A DNA stretch of 64,000 nt from Candidatus Latescibacterota bacterium (lineage in GTDB: Bacteria > Latescibacterota > UBA2968): contig OZ251458.1 of the NCBI GenBank assembly GCA_965242535.1, positions 4,747,203-4,811,202 on the forward strand, in the 5' to 3' direction. A program made the position numbers and the translations under genes. Of the stretch, positions 17,996 through 27,367 are shown in pieces (positions within the stretch are counted from its first letter, which is position 1; each line of letters begins with the position of its first letter). Under the pieces are notes generated by a model. It saw nothing but the letters and a program-made list of their open reading frames with translations, did not search any database and had not been told where the DNA came from.

Positions 17996-20875
17996 CTATC
18001 CAAAGTCTATGGCGAAGATGAGGAAATCGGCGAGGTCGATTTGCCCATCGGCGTTGAGATCGCACCGGGCGTCATACCGATCCTGACCGCGTTGCGATCC
18101 GTACTTGCTGACCAAGAGAATGAAGTCGGCGAAGTTCACATTGCCATTGCCATCTAAGTCGGCTGAGGGCATTGACACATCGAGCGTAAAGCGCAGCGAT
18201 GCCACGTCGCCATCGGCGTCGATCGCGCTCAAGGTGTAGGTCGCCTCGGCGGTCACCTCGGTCGGCGTTCCGATAATGGTGCGCGTCTCCGGATCGAACG
18301 AGAGACCCTCCGGGAGGAATGGCAGGAGGATATAAGCCAGCGTGCCATCGCCGCCAGTCGCTTGCGGCAACGCGGGGAGTTCGGTCTCCAGATTGACGAA
18401 ATAGCGTTGTGCAACGATCGTCGTATCGCCAAAAGTGGGCATCTGATTCGGGATTTCAAGGGTGAACATGAGAGTCACCTCATCGCCATTGCCATCGGTT
18501 GCGGTCAATGTGTAGGTCGTCTCGTCCATCGCCTCGAGCGGCGTACCGGAAACGATGCGCGTTTCGGCGTCAAAGGTCAAGCCCTCGGGCAGATCGGGCA
18601 TCAAGGTGTAGGTCACAGTCCCATCGCCACCGGACGCTTGCGGGAGTGTCAAGGGATCGAACGCTTCATGTTGATAGCCCCGGGCCGTGACAGCCGTTGT
18701 CGTATCGCCGAAGGTCGGCATCGGATCGGCCATTACGGAGAGGGTGAACATCAAGGTCGCCGCATCGCCATCGCCATCCGTCGCGGTCAATGTGTAGGTC
18801 GTTTCGCCCATCGCCTCGAGCGGCGTGCCGGATAGCATGCGCGTCTCGGCGTCAAAGGTCAATCCCGTGGGCAGATCGGGCACCAGCGAGTAGGTTAAGG
18901 TGCCATCGCCACCGGTCGCTTGCGGGAGCGTCAGGGACTCAATGGCTTGCTTCCGCAGATAGGATTGGGCATCTACGCTCGCATCGCCAAAAGATGGCGC
19001 CACATTCGCGAGGACCGTGATGAAGAAACTCATCTCTCCTGTATCGCCATCTTCGTCCGTGGCGGTCACGGTGTAGATCGCTTTTTCCGTTACCGCGGTC
19101 GGCGTGCCAGAAATGATGCGCGTCTCCGCGTCAAAACGCAAGCCATCGGGTAGCTCCGTCAGGCGATACGTTACGGCGCCATTGCCATCTATCGCCGCGG
19201 GCAAGGTGAGCGCAACGGCTTTGTTTTGCCGATACGTTTGCGGATCAACCGCCTCGATGAACACAGGCTCCGTATTCAACTCGCGCGGCATCCCGGTCGC
19301 CTCACCCAAAGGGTCATCATCGACATCGGCGCGCGTGGGGATCACCCGAACCGTATATTCCCTATCCCCGAGCAGACCCGCAATGGTGTAGGTCGTGGTC
19401 GCACCGCCGGTTACGATGGCTTGGCGAGCCGAGCTGTAGTCCTCATTCCCGGATTTCCACTGCACCTTGTAGCCCGTCGCGCCAGACGCCTCAACATAAG
19501 ATACGACCAAGGCGCCCGCGCCGGGCGTCACAATCACTTGGACGGGTTCTGCGGACACAGCAACCGAAGGGCGCTCGGGTAGGTGGCTCGTGGCGATCAC
19601 CCGAACCGTATATTCCCTACCCCCGATCAGATTCTCAATGGTGTAGGTCGTGGTCGCACCGCCGGTTACGGTGGCTTGGCGTTCCGTCTCGTCGTAGTCT
19701 TCATCCCCGGATTTCCACTGCACCTTGTAGCCCGTCGCGCCAGCAGGCACCGCAGTCCAAGACACGACTAAGGCTACCAGTTGGGTAGGTATCGCGCTGA
19801 CGCTGACCCCTCGCACTTGAACGGGCCGCTGAAGACCGAACTCCTGCCAAGTGGCGGTGCCGTCGCCGTCTTTGTCGATTTTCAGCACCGGATACTGACT
19901 GGAAGTCCCGAAATCCCACGGATCGTCGGGGTTTGAGTCGCCATCCAGATCGATGTTCCAGTTTGCGTAGATGCTGGTGTAGCCGGTGGGCCTTTGCAGA
20001 TCGCTGGTGCTACGGGCTGTCCCCGGTGGGCCTCCACCGCAACTATTCCGCCCCGTGGCGATGGTGTCGCAGTAGCTTTGGAGAATATTGCCACCACCGT
20101 AAATATACCCCACGAGCCCGGTGTAGTCTCTGCCGGAACCCACCACGGGCCCGGCGGCGTAGCTAGTCGAGAGGGTGCTACCCAGCTCGCCCACCAACCC
20201 GCCCACGGAGAGTGAAGACCCTGACTGTTGAAATCTAACCGTTGCGGTGGAGTAGCTAGCCCGAATGGTGCCATCGTTGGTGCCTACCAACCCGCCCATC
20301 TGGGCGTCACTATGATTCACATAGACTAGGCCCCCGGAAACATAGCAGGCGTCGATTTTTGCCCCGGCATCGACATCGCCCACCAGAGCTCCGGTAGAGT
20401 AAGCTCTGTATAACTTTGCCACATAGGGGTTGATCAGCCCGACATTTTTGATAATGCCGTCGCTATTCAGCTCGCGGATCCAGCCGACATCGTCGCTAAC
20501 ACTGTCACTGATACGCAACCCGGTGAGGGTGTGGCCGTTGCCATCAAAGGTGGCACTGAACCTGGAGATGGGCACCCACTGGCCGGTGAGCGTCAGGTCC
20601 GCCGTCAGTTCGTAGCCTCTGCAACCGGTAGAGGGACAACCCATCCCGCTCATCGCGTTGGGAAAGGCGTTGTTGTAGTTGGTCTGGTCATCGGGGTCCA
20701 CCATCCCGTCGCCGTTCCTATCCCATCGGATGGCGTTGAGCTTGGCCTGGCTGTCGATTTCGATGAGGCTGTTGTTGTTCCTATCGTAGTCGATTTGCGC
20801 CGCCACAGGTGGGGCCACTGCCAACAGCAACAAGGCCGCCAGCAGGGACAAATGGCGGGCGTAACGAAGTGTCAT
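17996..20875 (-). CDS. secreted multi-repeat surface/adhesin-like protein: signal peptide, GLUG-type repeats, FN3 domains, four cadherin-like/putative-Ig repeats, C-terminal dockerin
   Basis: ATG 20875 with GAGGAG SD. N-term MTLRYARHLSLLAALLLLAVAPPVAAQ. GGLVG.../YAAGPVVG GLUG-like repeats. YKVQWKSG FN3-like. Four TYTLTATDGDGD-type repeats (the DNA is also tandemly repeated 18270-19100). C-term DLDGNGNVNFADF...DLNADGQIDLADF dockerin repeat pair. Confidence 0.75.
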   Translation of the reverse strand: MTLRYARHLSLLAALLLLAVAPPVAAQIDYDRNNNSLIEIDSQAKLNAIRWDRNGDGMVDPDDQTNYNNAFPNAMSGMGCPSTGCRGYELTADLTLTGQWVPISRFSATFDGNGHTLTGLRISDSVSDDVGWIRELNSDGIIKNVGLINPYVAKLYRAYSTGALVGDVDAGAKIDACYVSGGLVYVNHSDAQMGGLVGTNDGTIRASYSTATVRFQQSGSSLSVGGLVGELGSTLSTSYAAGPVVGSGRDYTGLVGYIYGGGNILQSYCDTIATGRNSCGGGPPGTARSTSDLQRPTGYTSIYANWNIDLDGDSNPDDPWDFGTSSQYPVLKIDKDGDGTATWQEFGLQRPVQVRGVSVSAIPTQLVALVVSWTAVPAGATGYKVQWKSGDEDYDETERQATVTGGATTTYTIENLIGGREYTVRVIATSHLPERPSVAVSAEPVQVIVTPGAGALVVSYVEASGATGYKVQWKSGNEDYSSARQAIVTGGATTTYTIAGLLGDREYTVRVIPTRADVDDDPLGEATGMPRELNTEPVFIEAVDPQTYRQNKAVALTLPAAIDGNGAVTYRLTELPDGLRFDAETRIISGTPTAVTEKAIYTVTATDEDGDTGEMSFFITVLANVAPSFGDASVDAQSYLRKQAIESLTLPQATGGDGTLTYSLVPDLPTGLTFDAETRMLSGTPLEAMGETTYTLTATDGDGDAATLMFTLSVMADPMPTFGDTTTAVTARGYQHEAFDPLTLPQASGGDGTVTYTLMPDLPEGLTFDAETRIVSGTPLEAMDETTYTLTATDGNGDEVTLMFTLEIPNQMPTFGDTTIVAQRYFVNLETELPALPQATGGDGTLAYILLPFLPEGLSFDPETRTIIGTPTEVTAEATYTLSAIDADGDVASLRFTLDVSMPSADLDGNGNVNFADFILLVSKYGSQRGQDRYDARCDLNADGQIDLADFLIFAIDFG

Positions 20876-20889
20876 TTTTCGCTCCTCTC

Positions 20890-20923
<34 letters not shown>

Positions 20924-21180
20924 ACATTACCGATGGTCCTAACGGACTGTCTCGCAATGGAATAGGACGCCTCACCGCAGCGGAGAGGGGAGATGTTTCG
21001 CCCACCTTTTGCGTAGGACAGAGGGTTATAGGCAAGTTGAACCAATGACGAAAAATAGCCGGCAACATCTGAAACCTCCTTGTGGAAAAGATCCCTTCCG
21101 GAAACGGGGGAGTAGGTTAGCCTGTTGCAAAGTTACAACCATTCGCCATTTTTGACAAGAATATTTTTAGAGACGGAAGA

Positions 21181-21255
21181 GGGGAGACGGGAGACGGGAG
21201 AGGCGGAGAGGCGGGGAGACGGGAGACGGGAGACGGGAGAGGAACGGCGAGAGGA
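21181..21255. repeat. (GGGAGAC)n-type heptamer array
   Basis: gaggggagacgggagacgggagaggcggagaggcggggagacgggagacgggagacgggagagg. Confidence 0.75.
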
Positions 21256-21295
21256 GGGCAGAGGGCGTGGGTAGGTTGTCTGAATCGCGGATTAC

Positions 21296-21420
21296 ACAGA
21301 TTAGGGGATTAAAGGCGGATTAAAGGCGAGAGTGGGGCAGAGGGCAACGCACAGAGCAGACAGAGGCGTAGCCCACAGGGACGACGAAGAAAAAGCGAAA
21401 GGCGGATTAAAAGCGAGAGG
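21296..21420. repeat. second dispersed repeat family (inverse orientation of copies at 26655-26900)
   Basis: ttaggggattaaaggcggattaaaggcgagagtggggcagagggc is the reverse complement of gccctctgccccactctcgccttaatccgcctttaatc at about 26720-26760. Confidence 0.6.
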
Positions 21421-21468
21421 CGAGAATAGAGAAAAGGGCAGTCCGATCATCCCTTGCCCGCATCCGTT

Positions 21469-21505
21469 GTAGGGACAGGCCCCCGTGCCTGTCCGAAGAT
21501 ACAAG
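21469..21505. repeat. REP-like palindromic element
   Basis: gtagggacaggcccccgtgcctgtccgaagatacaagg. Confidence 0.8.
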
Positions 21506-21555
21506 GCGGAGTAATCCCAAAATCCGCGTAATCTGTGATCTAGACAAGAGACGCG

Positions 21556-21993
21556 CTATGCCTCGGCATCCAACACGCGCTGAAATTCCTCGATATCATC
21601 CACTTGCTCCGCCGAGCGAAGCAATCGCGTGAGGTGTTGCAAATCGGCGATAGCCCGAATGCGATCCGCGAACTGGCCGGCCGTGGCCGCATCAAAACGA
21701 ACCTCCAACACATCGAGAATCTCTGCAATAGTTGCAATAGTGCTTTCGCGCGCCTCTTGCTCAATGAAATGGTCAATGAACCGTTCCTTGAACTGCTCAA
21801 TGAACTGTTCCTCGAGCTGTTCCTTGCGCTGTGCCTTGAGCTGTCCCTCGCGCTGTTCCTCGAGGTGTTCCTCGAGGTATTCCTCAAGCTGTTCCTTGAA
21901 ATGTTCCTTGAAATATTCCTCAACCTGTTCCATGATGTATTGGACAAACGACGACTCACGCATAATCGCGTCCATAAAACCCTCCTGAAACAT
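21556..21993 (-). pseudogene. partial tandem duplicate of the 3' part of the Rpn-like gene (DUF4351-like C-terminal domain only)
   Basis: MFQEGFMDAIMRESSF...ILDVLEVRFDAATAGQFADRIRAIADLQ...VDDIEEFQRVLDAEA nearly duplicates the C-terminus of 22088..23002. The remainder of ORF 21556..22422 is an out-of-frame overlap. Confidence 0.45.
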
Positions 21994-22087
21994 AATACGT
22001 TTAAAGGGTGGAACGGCAGTAGGGATGTGGGGGATAATCCACGCAATCCCAAAATCCGCGTAATCTGTGATCGAGACAAGAGATGAG

Positions 22088-23002
22088 CTACGCCTCGGCA
22101 TCCAACAAACGCTGAAATCCCTCGATATCATCCACTTGCACTGCCGAGCGATGCAACAGCTTGAGCCGTTGCAAATCGGCGATGGATCGAATGCGATCCG
22201 CAAACTGGCCGGCCGTGGCCGCATCAAAGCGAATCTCCAACACATCGAGAATATCTGCCATGGCGCGTTCGCGCTCCCCTTGCTCAATGCCCTGCTCAAT
22301 GCCCTGCTCAATGCCCTGTTCCTTGAGGTATTGGGCAAACGACGACTCACGCATAATCGCGTCCATAAAACCCTCCTGATACATAATGGATCTAACGGTA
22401 TCCAACGAATGTGATAGCCCACTTAAAATAGCCATACCCGCCTGAATGTCAAGCTTGGTGGAAGTGTCCAACGCCAAGGCTTCTGTCGCCTGAAAACACG
22501 CGCGCAACCACGCCTCCGAAGACACATCAGAGGGCGGTTTCATCAGCGGCGCAAACGGAAGCACACCCGCATGACCCGATTCGATAACCGATTGACCGGC
22601 CAGCTCACTCAGACGAATCACCTTGTATTTCACCAGCATCTCATGCCCGGGCAACGCTTGGCTGTAATATCCCTTATCGCGCCGACCCGCGTTGGGACGC
22701 AGGTAGATCACAAAGGCCAAGACCGGCAACCCATAGCGTTCGACGAGGTAGCCGATATAGCGCGCCATGCGCCGATCCATCGGGACCGCCGTGCTATCCC
22801 CGGTTTGAAATTCGCAATGAACCAACACATCCTGGCCATCGATCCGCACGCGAACCAGGCTATCGGTTCGGCGGACTTCCACCGTGGGTTGCTCGGTCTC
22901 GAGTACGGCGATCACCTCGAAGTTGGCGTGTCCGAGCATGAAGTGGATGACGTCCTCCGGGCGGCCTTGAAGCAGGTATTTGGGGACCGGATCGTATTGC
23001 AT
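22088..23002 (-). CDS. Rpn-family recombination-promoting nuclease / putative transposase (YhgA-like PD-(D/E)XK N-domain + DUF4351-like C-domain)
   Basis: ATG 23002 (MQYDPVPKYLLQGRPEDVIHFMLG). Architecture and the C-terminal ILDVLEIRFD...ADRIRSIADLQRL motif recall Rpn/YhgA-like proteins. Contains (GIEQ)3 internal repeats. Confidence 0.55.
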   Translation of the reverse strand: MQYDPVPKYLLQGRPEDVIHFMLGHANFEVIAVLETEQPTVEVRRTDSLVRVRIDGQDVLVHCEFQTGDSTAVPMDRRMARYIGYLVERYGLPVLAFVIYLRPNAGRRDKGYYSQALPGHEMLVKYKVIRLSELAGQSVIESGHAGVLPFAPLMKPPSDVSSEAWLRACFQATEALALDTSTKLDIQAGMAILSGLSHSLDTVRSIMYQEGFMDAIMRESSFAQYLKEQGIEQGIEQGIEQGERERAMADILDVLEIRFDAATAGQFADRIRSIADLQRLKLLHRSAVQVDDIEGFQRLLDAEA

Positions 23003-23142
23003 GAACACCTCCTTGAAAATGCGGATGGGAACGAAAAATTGGGGGTAGAGAAATGACGCGATCACGTCATGCTGGCAAGATGGAATGGGGCGATGAGATC
23101 GGTAGGCAAGCGATTAGCCCCTGCCTATCTCAACCGCAAAAG

Positions 23143-23171
23143 ATAAGGACAGGCACGGGGGCCTGTCCCCA
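23143..23171. repeat. REP-like palindrome (reverse orientation)
   Basis: aaggacaggcacgggggcctgtccccacg, 5' of the Rpn-like gene. Confidence 0.7.
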
Positions 23172-23207
23172 CGATGAGCTACTCATCGCAGTTGTACCCC
23201 GCTCCGT

Positions 23208-24629
23208 CTATGAACCGCTATGGCCGTGCGCGCTTTTTACGGCATCGCCCACAAGGCCCACTTCGCCATCGCTTAGGGTACGCACATCTAAAAAGAACCG
23301 ATTGTCGCGCACATAGCCGACCACGGGCGGGTCATGGCGGCGCAACGCCGTGGACAGCGTCAAAATATCGCCGCCCGATATGGCGATGGCGATGCTCGGG
23401 ATATTTTCCAAAGGCAAAGCCCCACTGCCGGTTTGTGCATGGGACGCGACCAATTCACAGGCAAAGCCCTTGAGATCGCCGATAGCGCGCAACAGCCGCC
23501 GACCGCGCTGTTCCAATGTCGTCACGGATTCCGTCAACATGCGCCAGGTGGGATGCTCCCGCGTCAACACCTCCGGATTTGAGAACAACCTCAGCGTGGC
23601 TTCCAGCGCGGCGTACGTCAGCTTGCCGCAACGCAGGGCGCGCATCAGGGGATTTTGCCGGATTTGCTCGATGGCCTGTCGCTTGCCCACCGCGATCCCG
23701 CACTGCGGCCCGCCGAGAACCTTATCCCCGCTGAACATCACCACGTCCATCCCCGCGGCGATGCTGTCGGAGACCAGCGGTTCGTAGGGCAACCCGCAAT
23801 CGCGCAGATCGACCAGCACGCCGCCGCCCAAATCGTGCGCCACAGGCACGCCGTATTGCCGTCCCAACGCCACCAGTTCCGAAGGCGCGACTTCCGCGCT
23901 AAACCCCATCACCTTGTAATTGCTCGGATGCACCGCCAGCAACAAGCCCGTATTTTCCGTCATAGCCGATTCGTAATCGCGCAAATACGTGCGGTTGGTC
24001 GTCCCCACTTCGACGAGGCGCGCGCCGCTTCGCGCCATGATGTCGGGAATGCGAAACGACCCGCCAATTTCGACCAGTTGCCCGCGCGAGACAACGGCCT
24101 CTTTGCCCTGCGACAAAGTGTTCAAGGTCAGAAAAACAGCCGCGGCATTGTTGTTGACAATCGCAGCGGCCTCTGCCCCGGTCAATTCGCACAGCAGGTC
24201 TTCCACAAGCGTCGCGCGCGATCCGCGTCGTCCAGAATCCAAGTCCAATTCCAGATTGCTATAAGAACCCGCGATGCAGGCGATCTGTTTCACGGCACGC
24301 TCGGGCAATGGCGCGCGGCCCAAATTCGTGTGCAAAATGATCCCCGTCGCATTGATGACGCGCTTGAGATTCGGCGCGAGCCGCTCCGCCAATCGGGTTT
24401 GCACATCCGAGGCGATTCGTTCGATCAACTCGTCTCGAGACGCGCCCGCGATTTTGCCATCGCGCATCGCGTTCCGCACTTGATCGATAGCTCGCCGAAC
24501 GACCGCGGTCAAAACGGCCGTTCCGCAACGCGCAGACAACTTTTGAATCGCCCGCTCTTTGAGCACCCGATCCACGCTGGGAATGCGCGAATAGTCCGGC
24601 GATGCGTTTGTCAACTGTTCTTTGCTCAT
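23208..24629 (-). CDS. selA: L-seryl-tRNA(Sec) selenium transferase
   Basis: N-term IPSVDRVL. Core MARSGARLVEVGTTNRT...FSGDKVLGGPQCGIAVGK (PLP lysine region) typical of SelA. ATG 24629. Confidence 0.9.
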   Translation of the reverse strand: MSKEQLTNASPDYSRIPSVDRVLKERAIQKLSARCGTAVLTAVVRRAIDQVRNAMRDGKIAGASRDELIERIASDVQTRLAERLAPNLKRVINATGIILHTNLGRAPLPERAVKQIACIAGSYSNLELDLDSGRRGSRATLVEDLLCELTGAEAAAIVNNNAAAVFLTLNTLSQGKEAVVSRGQLVEIGGSFRIPDIMARSGARLVEVGTTNRTYLRDYESAMTENTGLLLAVHPSNYKVMGFSAEVAPSELVALGRQYGVPVAHDLGGGVLVDLRDCGLPYEPLVSDSIAAGMDVVMFSGDKVLGGPQCGIAVGKRQAIEQIRQNPLMRALRCGKLTYAALEATLRLFSNPEVLTREHPTWRMLTESVTTLEQRGRRLLRAIGDLKGFACELVASHAQTGSGALPLENIPSIAIAISGGDILTLSTALRRHDPPVVGYVRDNRFFLDVRTLSDGEVGLVGDAVKSAHGHSGS

Positions 24630-24630
24630 G

Positions 24631-24721
24631 GGTCGGTGGTCGGTGGTCGGTGGTCGGTGGTCGGTGGTCGGTGGTCGGTGGTCGGTGGTCGGTGGTCGGT
24701 GGTCGGTGGTCGGTGGTCGGT
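24631..24721. repeat. (GGTCGGT)13 perfect heptamer array abutting the selA start codon
   Basis: Directly read. The array begins 1 nt after the selA ATG (on the minus strand it reads CCACCGA repeats up to the ATG), leaving no SD-like sequence. Confidence 0.9.
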
Positions 24722-24794
24722 CCCTACAACCGCTGTCCCCATCCGTGGTAGGGACAGGCCCCCGTGCCTGTCCTCTGATCGGTAGCAGTGGTCA

Positions 24795-25190
24795 TAGGAA
24801 CCGTTTGGAATTTCAATTTTTCAAGAGAGTGCCGCCCGTGATGCCGTACATCAAAGAAGCCATCGTCCAACAGGCCATCCCAAAAGCCCATCAACGAAAG
24901 CCATCAGGCACAGCGCGCAAGTCCGTCTCGCAACCCACATCCATTTTGCAATCCACTTTGCAGGCTGTCTCATGTCGTCCTGCTACAAAAGCGGTTTGCG
25001 CTGTGCCTAGCCCCTCGGCGCATGAGAGCGGCATTTTTTGCTTACTTTTTGTTGCTGTTGACAAAAAGTAAGTCGCCGAAGGCATCGAAGGCAACCCACG
25101 ATGCTACAGGACCAAACGTTTAAGAAAAGCGAGCCACGGCGGTGTGGATGGGTGCGTATCAAAATTTGGTATCATTTAATTTACGGAGTA
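24795..25190 (-). mobile_element. MITE copy A (reverse orientation, one terminal inverted repeat degraded)
   Basis: Reverse complement aligns end-to-end with copies at 26916-27349 and 59615-60073. TIR TACTCCGTAAATTAAATGA retained at 25172-25190. The far end is truncated. Confidence 0.7.
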
Positions 25191-25324
25191 CTTATTATAC
25201 TGCTCGCACGACTTTTTTTTATCAAAAAGGACGCGGGAGACGATTCCCCGTAAGGTGGGATTGTTCGGACGGGAATGCAAAAAAAAATATCCCCATTTTG
25301 ATGGGGTGCAAAGCGAGGTTCGCG

Positions 25325-26641
25325 ATGTTCAATGCAAAAGCGGGTTGGGCGCAGTTCGATTCGACGCCGCCCTTGGGCCTTCCCATGGGCGGGCGAGGGC
25401 CGCGGTTTTCGCCGGGCGCAGAGGTGCTCGATCCCCTGCTCGCGCAGGCGGTTGTGATCGAAGATCAAAAGGGCTATCGCACGGTTTGGATCTCGATGGA
25501 CATGATCGGCATGACGTGGCACGCGACGAGTCGCTTGCGCTGCGAGTTGGCCGCGATGGCCGGGATTCCCGTCGAAGCCATCGTCGTCAATTTTTCGCAT
25601 ACGCACAGCGGCCCCATGTCCGGGTTTGAGGGCTATGCGACGACCGAGCGCAAACCCGAAGCGCTCGATGCCTATGAAAACAGCCTGATGTCTCGCACGG
25701 TGAAAATGGTTCTCAAAGCCATTGAAAATATGCGTCCGGTTGCGGTTTGCGCGCATCGCGGCACGTCCGATATCGGGATCAACAGGCGGAGGCGAAATGC
25801 CGATGGCAGCATGGGGATGGGGCCGAATCCGGAGGGCTATATCAACCGCGACCTCTGGGTTATGGACCTCGTCGCCGAAGATGGCCGTTGCGTGCTTTTT
25901 AATTACGGATGCCATCCCGTGATGGTGTACAGCTTTGCATGGGATGGCATTTCGGCTGATTTTCCCGGCGCGTGTCGCAACCGCTTGGTCGAAACCCTCG
26001 GCCCGAACGCGCACGCGCAATTCATCCAAGGGCTCGCCGGCAATATTCGCCCGCGCCGCTTGGCGGATGCAAACGCCTTTCGCAAAGCCACGCCGCGAGA
26101 TGTCGCGGCAACGGGCGCGCAACTCGCCGATGATGTCCTCTCGGCGATGGCATCGGGCGGTGAAGAGTTGGACTTGGATCTCAACTGCGTATCGGGATTC
26201 GCGCTCCCCCCGCGCGATGGGGACGCGATTTTGCCACTCGCCCATTGGAAGGCCCTGGCCGAACGCGAGTCCGAACTCGAACGCAATCTCGGCGCGTACT
26301 GGGTCGAGCGCCTGACCTCGGGCATACCCCCCGCGCGCTTTTTGCCCTGGGCCGTTGGTCTTATTCGGTTGACCGAGAAACACACCATCGCTTGGCTCGG
26401 CAACGAGGTCGTGGCCGAGTGGTTGCCCCTGCTGAGAACCTATCTCGATGACGAACATCTCATCGCTTGGGGCTATTGCCAAGATGGGCGCAATTACATG
26501 CCCACGGACGCGCTCATTCCAGAAGGCGGGTACGAAGTGGATCGGGCAAACCACTACACCAAAGCAGGCCCCGGCCCCTTTCGGATCGGCATAAACGCAG
26601 TGGCGAAAAAGACCTTCCTCGAACTCGCCCAACGGCTGTAA
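25325..26641 (+). CDS. neutral/alkaline ceramidase-like hydrolase (N-terminal catalytic domain only)
   Basis: ORF 25142 overlaps the MITE and is trimmed to ATG 25325 (GAGGT SD). MFNAKAGWAQFDSTPPLGLPMGGRGPRFSPGAEVLDPLLAQAVVIED resembles the ceramidase N-terminus (ADITGP...GVHDRLYARAFVI). About 440 aa, so the C-terminal domain is absent. Confidence 0.5.
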   Translation: MFNAKAGWAQFDSTPPLGLPMGGRGPRFSPGAEVLDPLLAQAVVIEDQKGYRTVWISMDMIGMTWHATSRLRCELAAMAGIPVEAIVVNFSHTHSGPMSGFEGYATTERKPEALDAYENSLMSRTVKMVLKAIENMRPVAVCAHRGTSDIGINRRRRNADGSMGMGPNPEGYINRDLWVMDLVAEDGRCVLFNYGCHPVMVYSFAWDGISADFPGACRNRLVETLGPNAHAQFIQGLAGNIRPRRLADANAFRKATPRDVAATGAQLADDVLSAMASGGEELDLDLNCVSGFALPPRDGDAILPLAHWKALAERESELERNLGAYWVERLTSGIPPARFLPWAVGLIRLTEKHTIAWLGNEVVAEWLPLLRTYLDDEHLIAWGYCQDGRNYMPTDALIPEGGYEVDRANHYTKAGPGPFRIGINAVAKKTFLELAQRL

Positions 26642-26654
26642 TGGATCGTTGGCC

Positions 26655-26900
26655 GCGTCCTCTGCTTTTTGCTTTTTCATTCATCTCCTGGGCTACGCCT
26701 CTGTCCGCTTCCCTCTCTGCCCTCTGCCCCACTCTCGCCTTAATCCGCCTTTAATCTCTTAATCCGTGTAATCCGCGATTCAGACAATTTCCCACGCCCT
26801 CTGCCCTCTGCCCTACTCCCGCCTTAATCCACATCCTCCGCTTTTTGCTTTTTCATCCATCTCCTGGGCTACGCCTCTGTCCGCTCTCCTCTCTGCCCCA
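26655..26900. repeat. second dispersed repeat family: two about 65-bp direct repeats flanking (CTCTGCCC)-rich sequence
   Basis: cgctttttgctttttcat.catctcctgggctacgcctctgtccgct occurs at about 26659 and about 26838. Homologous in inverse orientation to 21296-21420. Confidence 0.6.
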
Positions 26901-26915
26901 TCTGTACCAACTAAT

Positions 26916-27349
26916 TACTCCGTAAATTAAGTTATTCTCAATTTTGATACGCACAAATCAGCACCGACATTACTCACTTTTCTAACAACTTTGGTCCGAA
27001 AGCATCGTTTGTTGCCTTTGATGCGTTGGCTACGCCTGTGCTTACGGCGTGCGGCGACCTACTTTTTTTTTTAGAGAAGACGCGAATAAGCGTCTGAAGA
27101 AAAGTAAGCGAGCGGGGTACAACCGCTCCAGCAGTTCAAGTGCTTTTGTAATCGCACGACATGCGTTGGCCTACGAGGTGAGTGGGAAAATAGAAGTGCG
27201 TTGCGAGACGGACTTGCGCGCTGTGCGTGATGGCTTTCATCGATGGGGTTTTGGGATGGCATGTTGGACGATGGCTTCTTTGATGTACGGCATCCCGTCC
27301 GTCACGCTCTTGAAAAATTGAAATCCATAATTATTTAATTTACAGAGTA
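26916..27349 (+). mobile_element. MITE copy B (intact TIRs TACTCCGTAAATTAA ... TTAATTTACAGAGTA)
   Basis: 434 bp. 15-bp terminal inverted repeats. Internal hairpin CCTACTTTTTTTTT..AAAAGTAAG. No ORF of note. Confidence 0.75.
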
Positions 27350-27367
27350 CTAGGCCGTGTTGACATT

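Noticed and set aside
25142-25324. Upstream portion of ORF 25142..26641 as the ceramidase-like start.
   Set aside because: It overlaps MITE copy A and lacks an SD. The internal ATG 25325 has a GAGGT SD and matches the conserved N-terminus.
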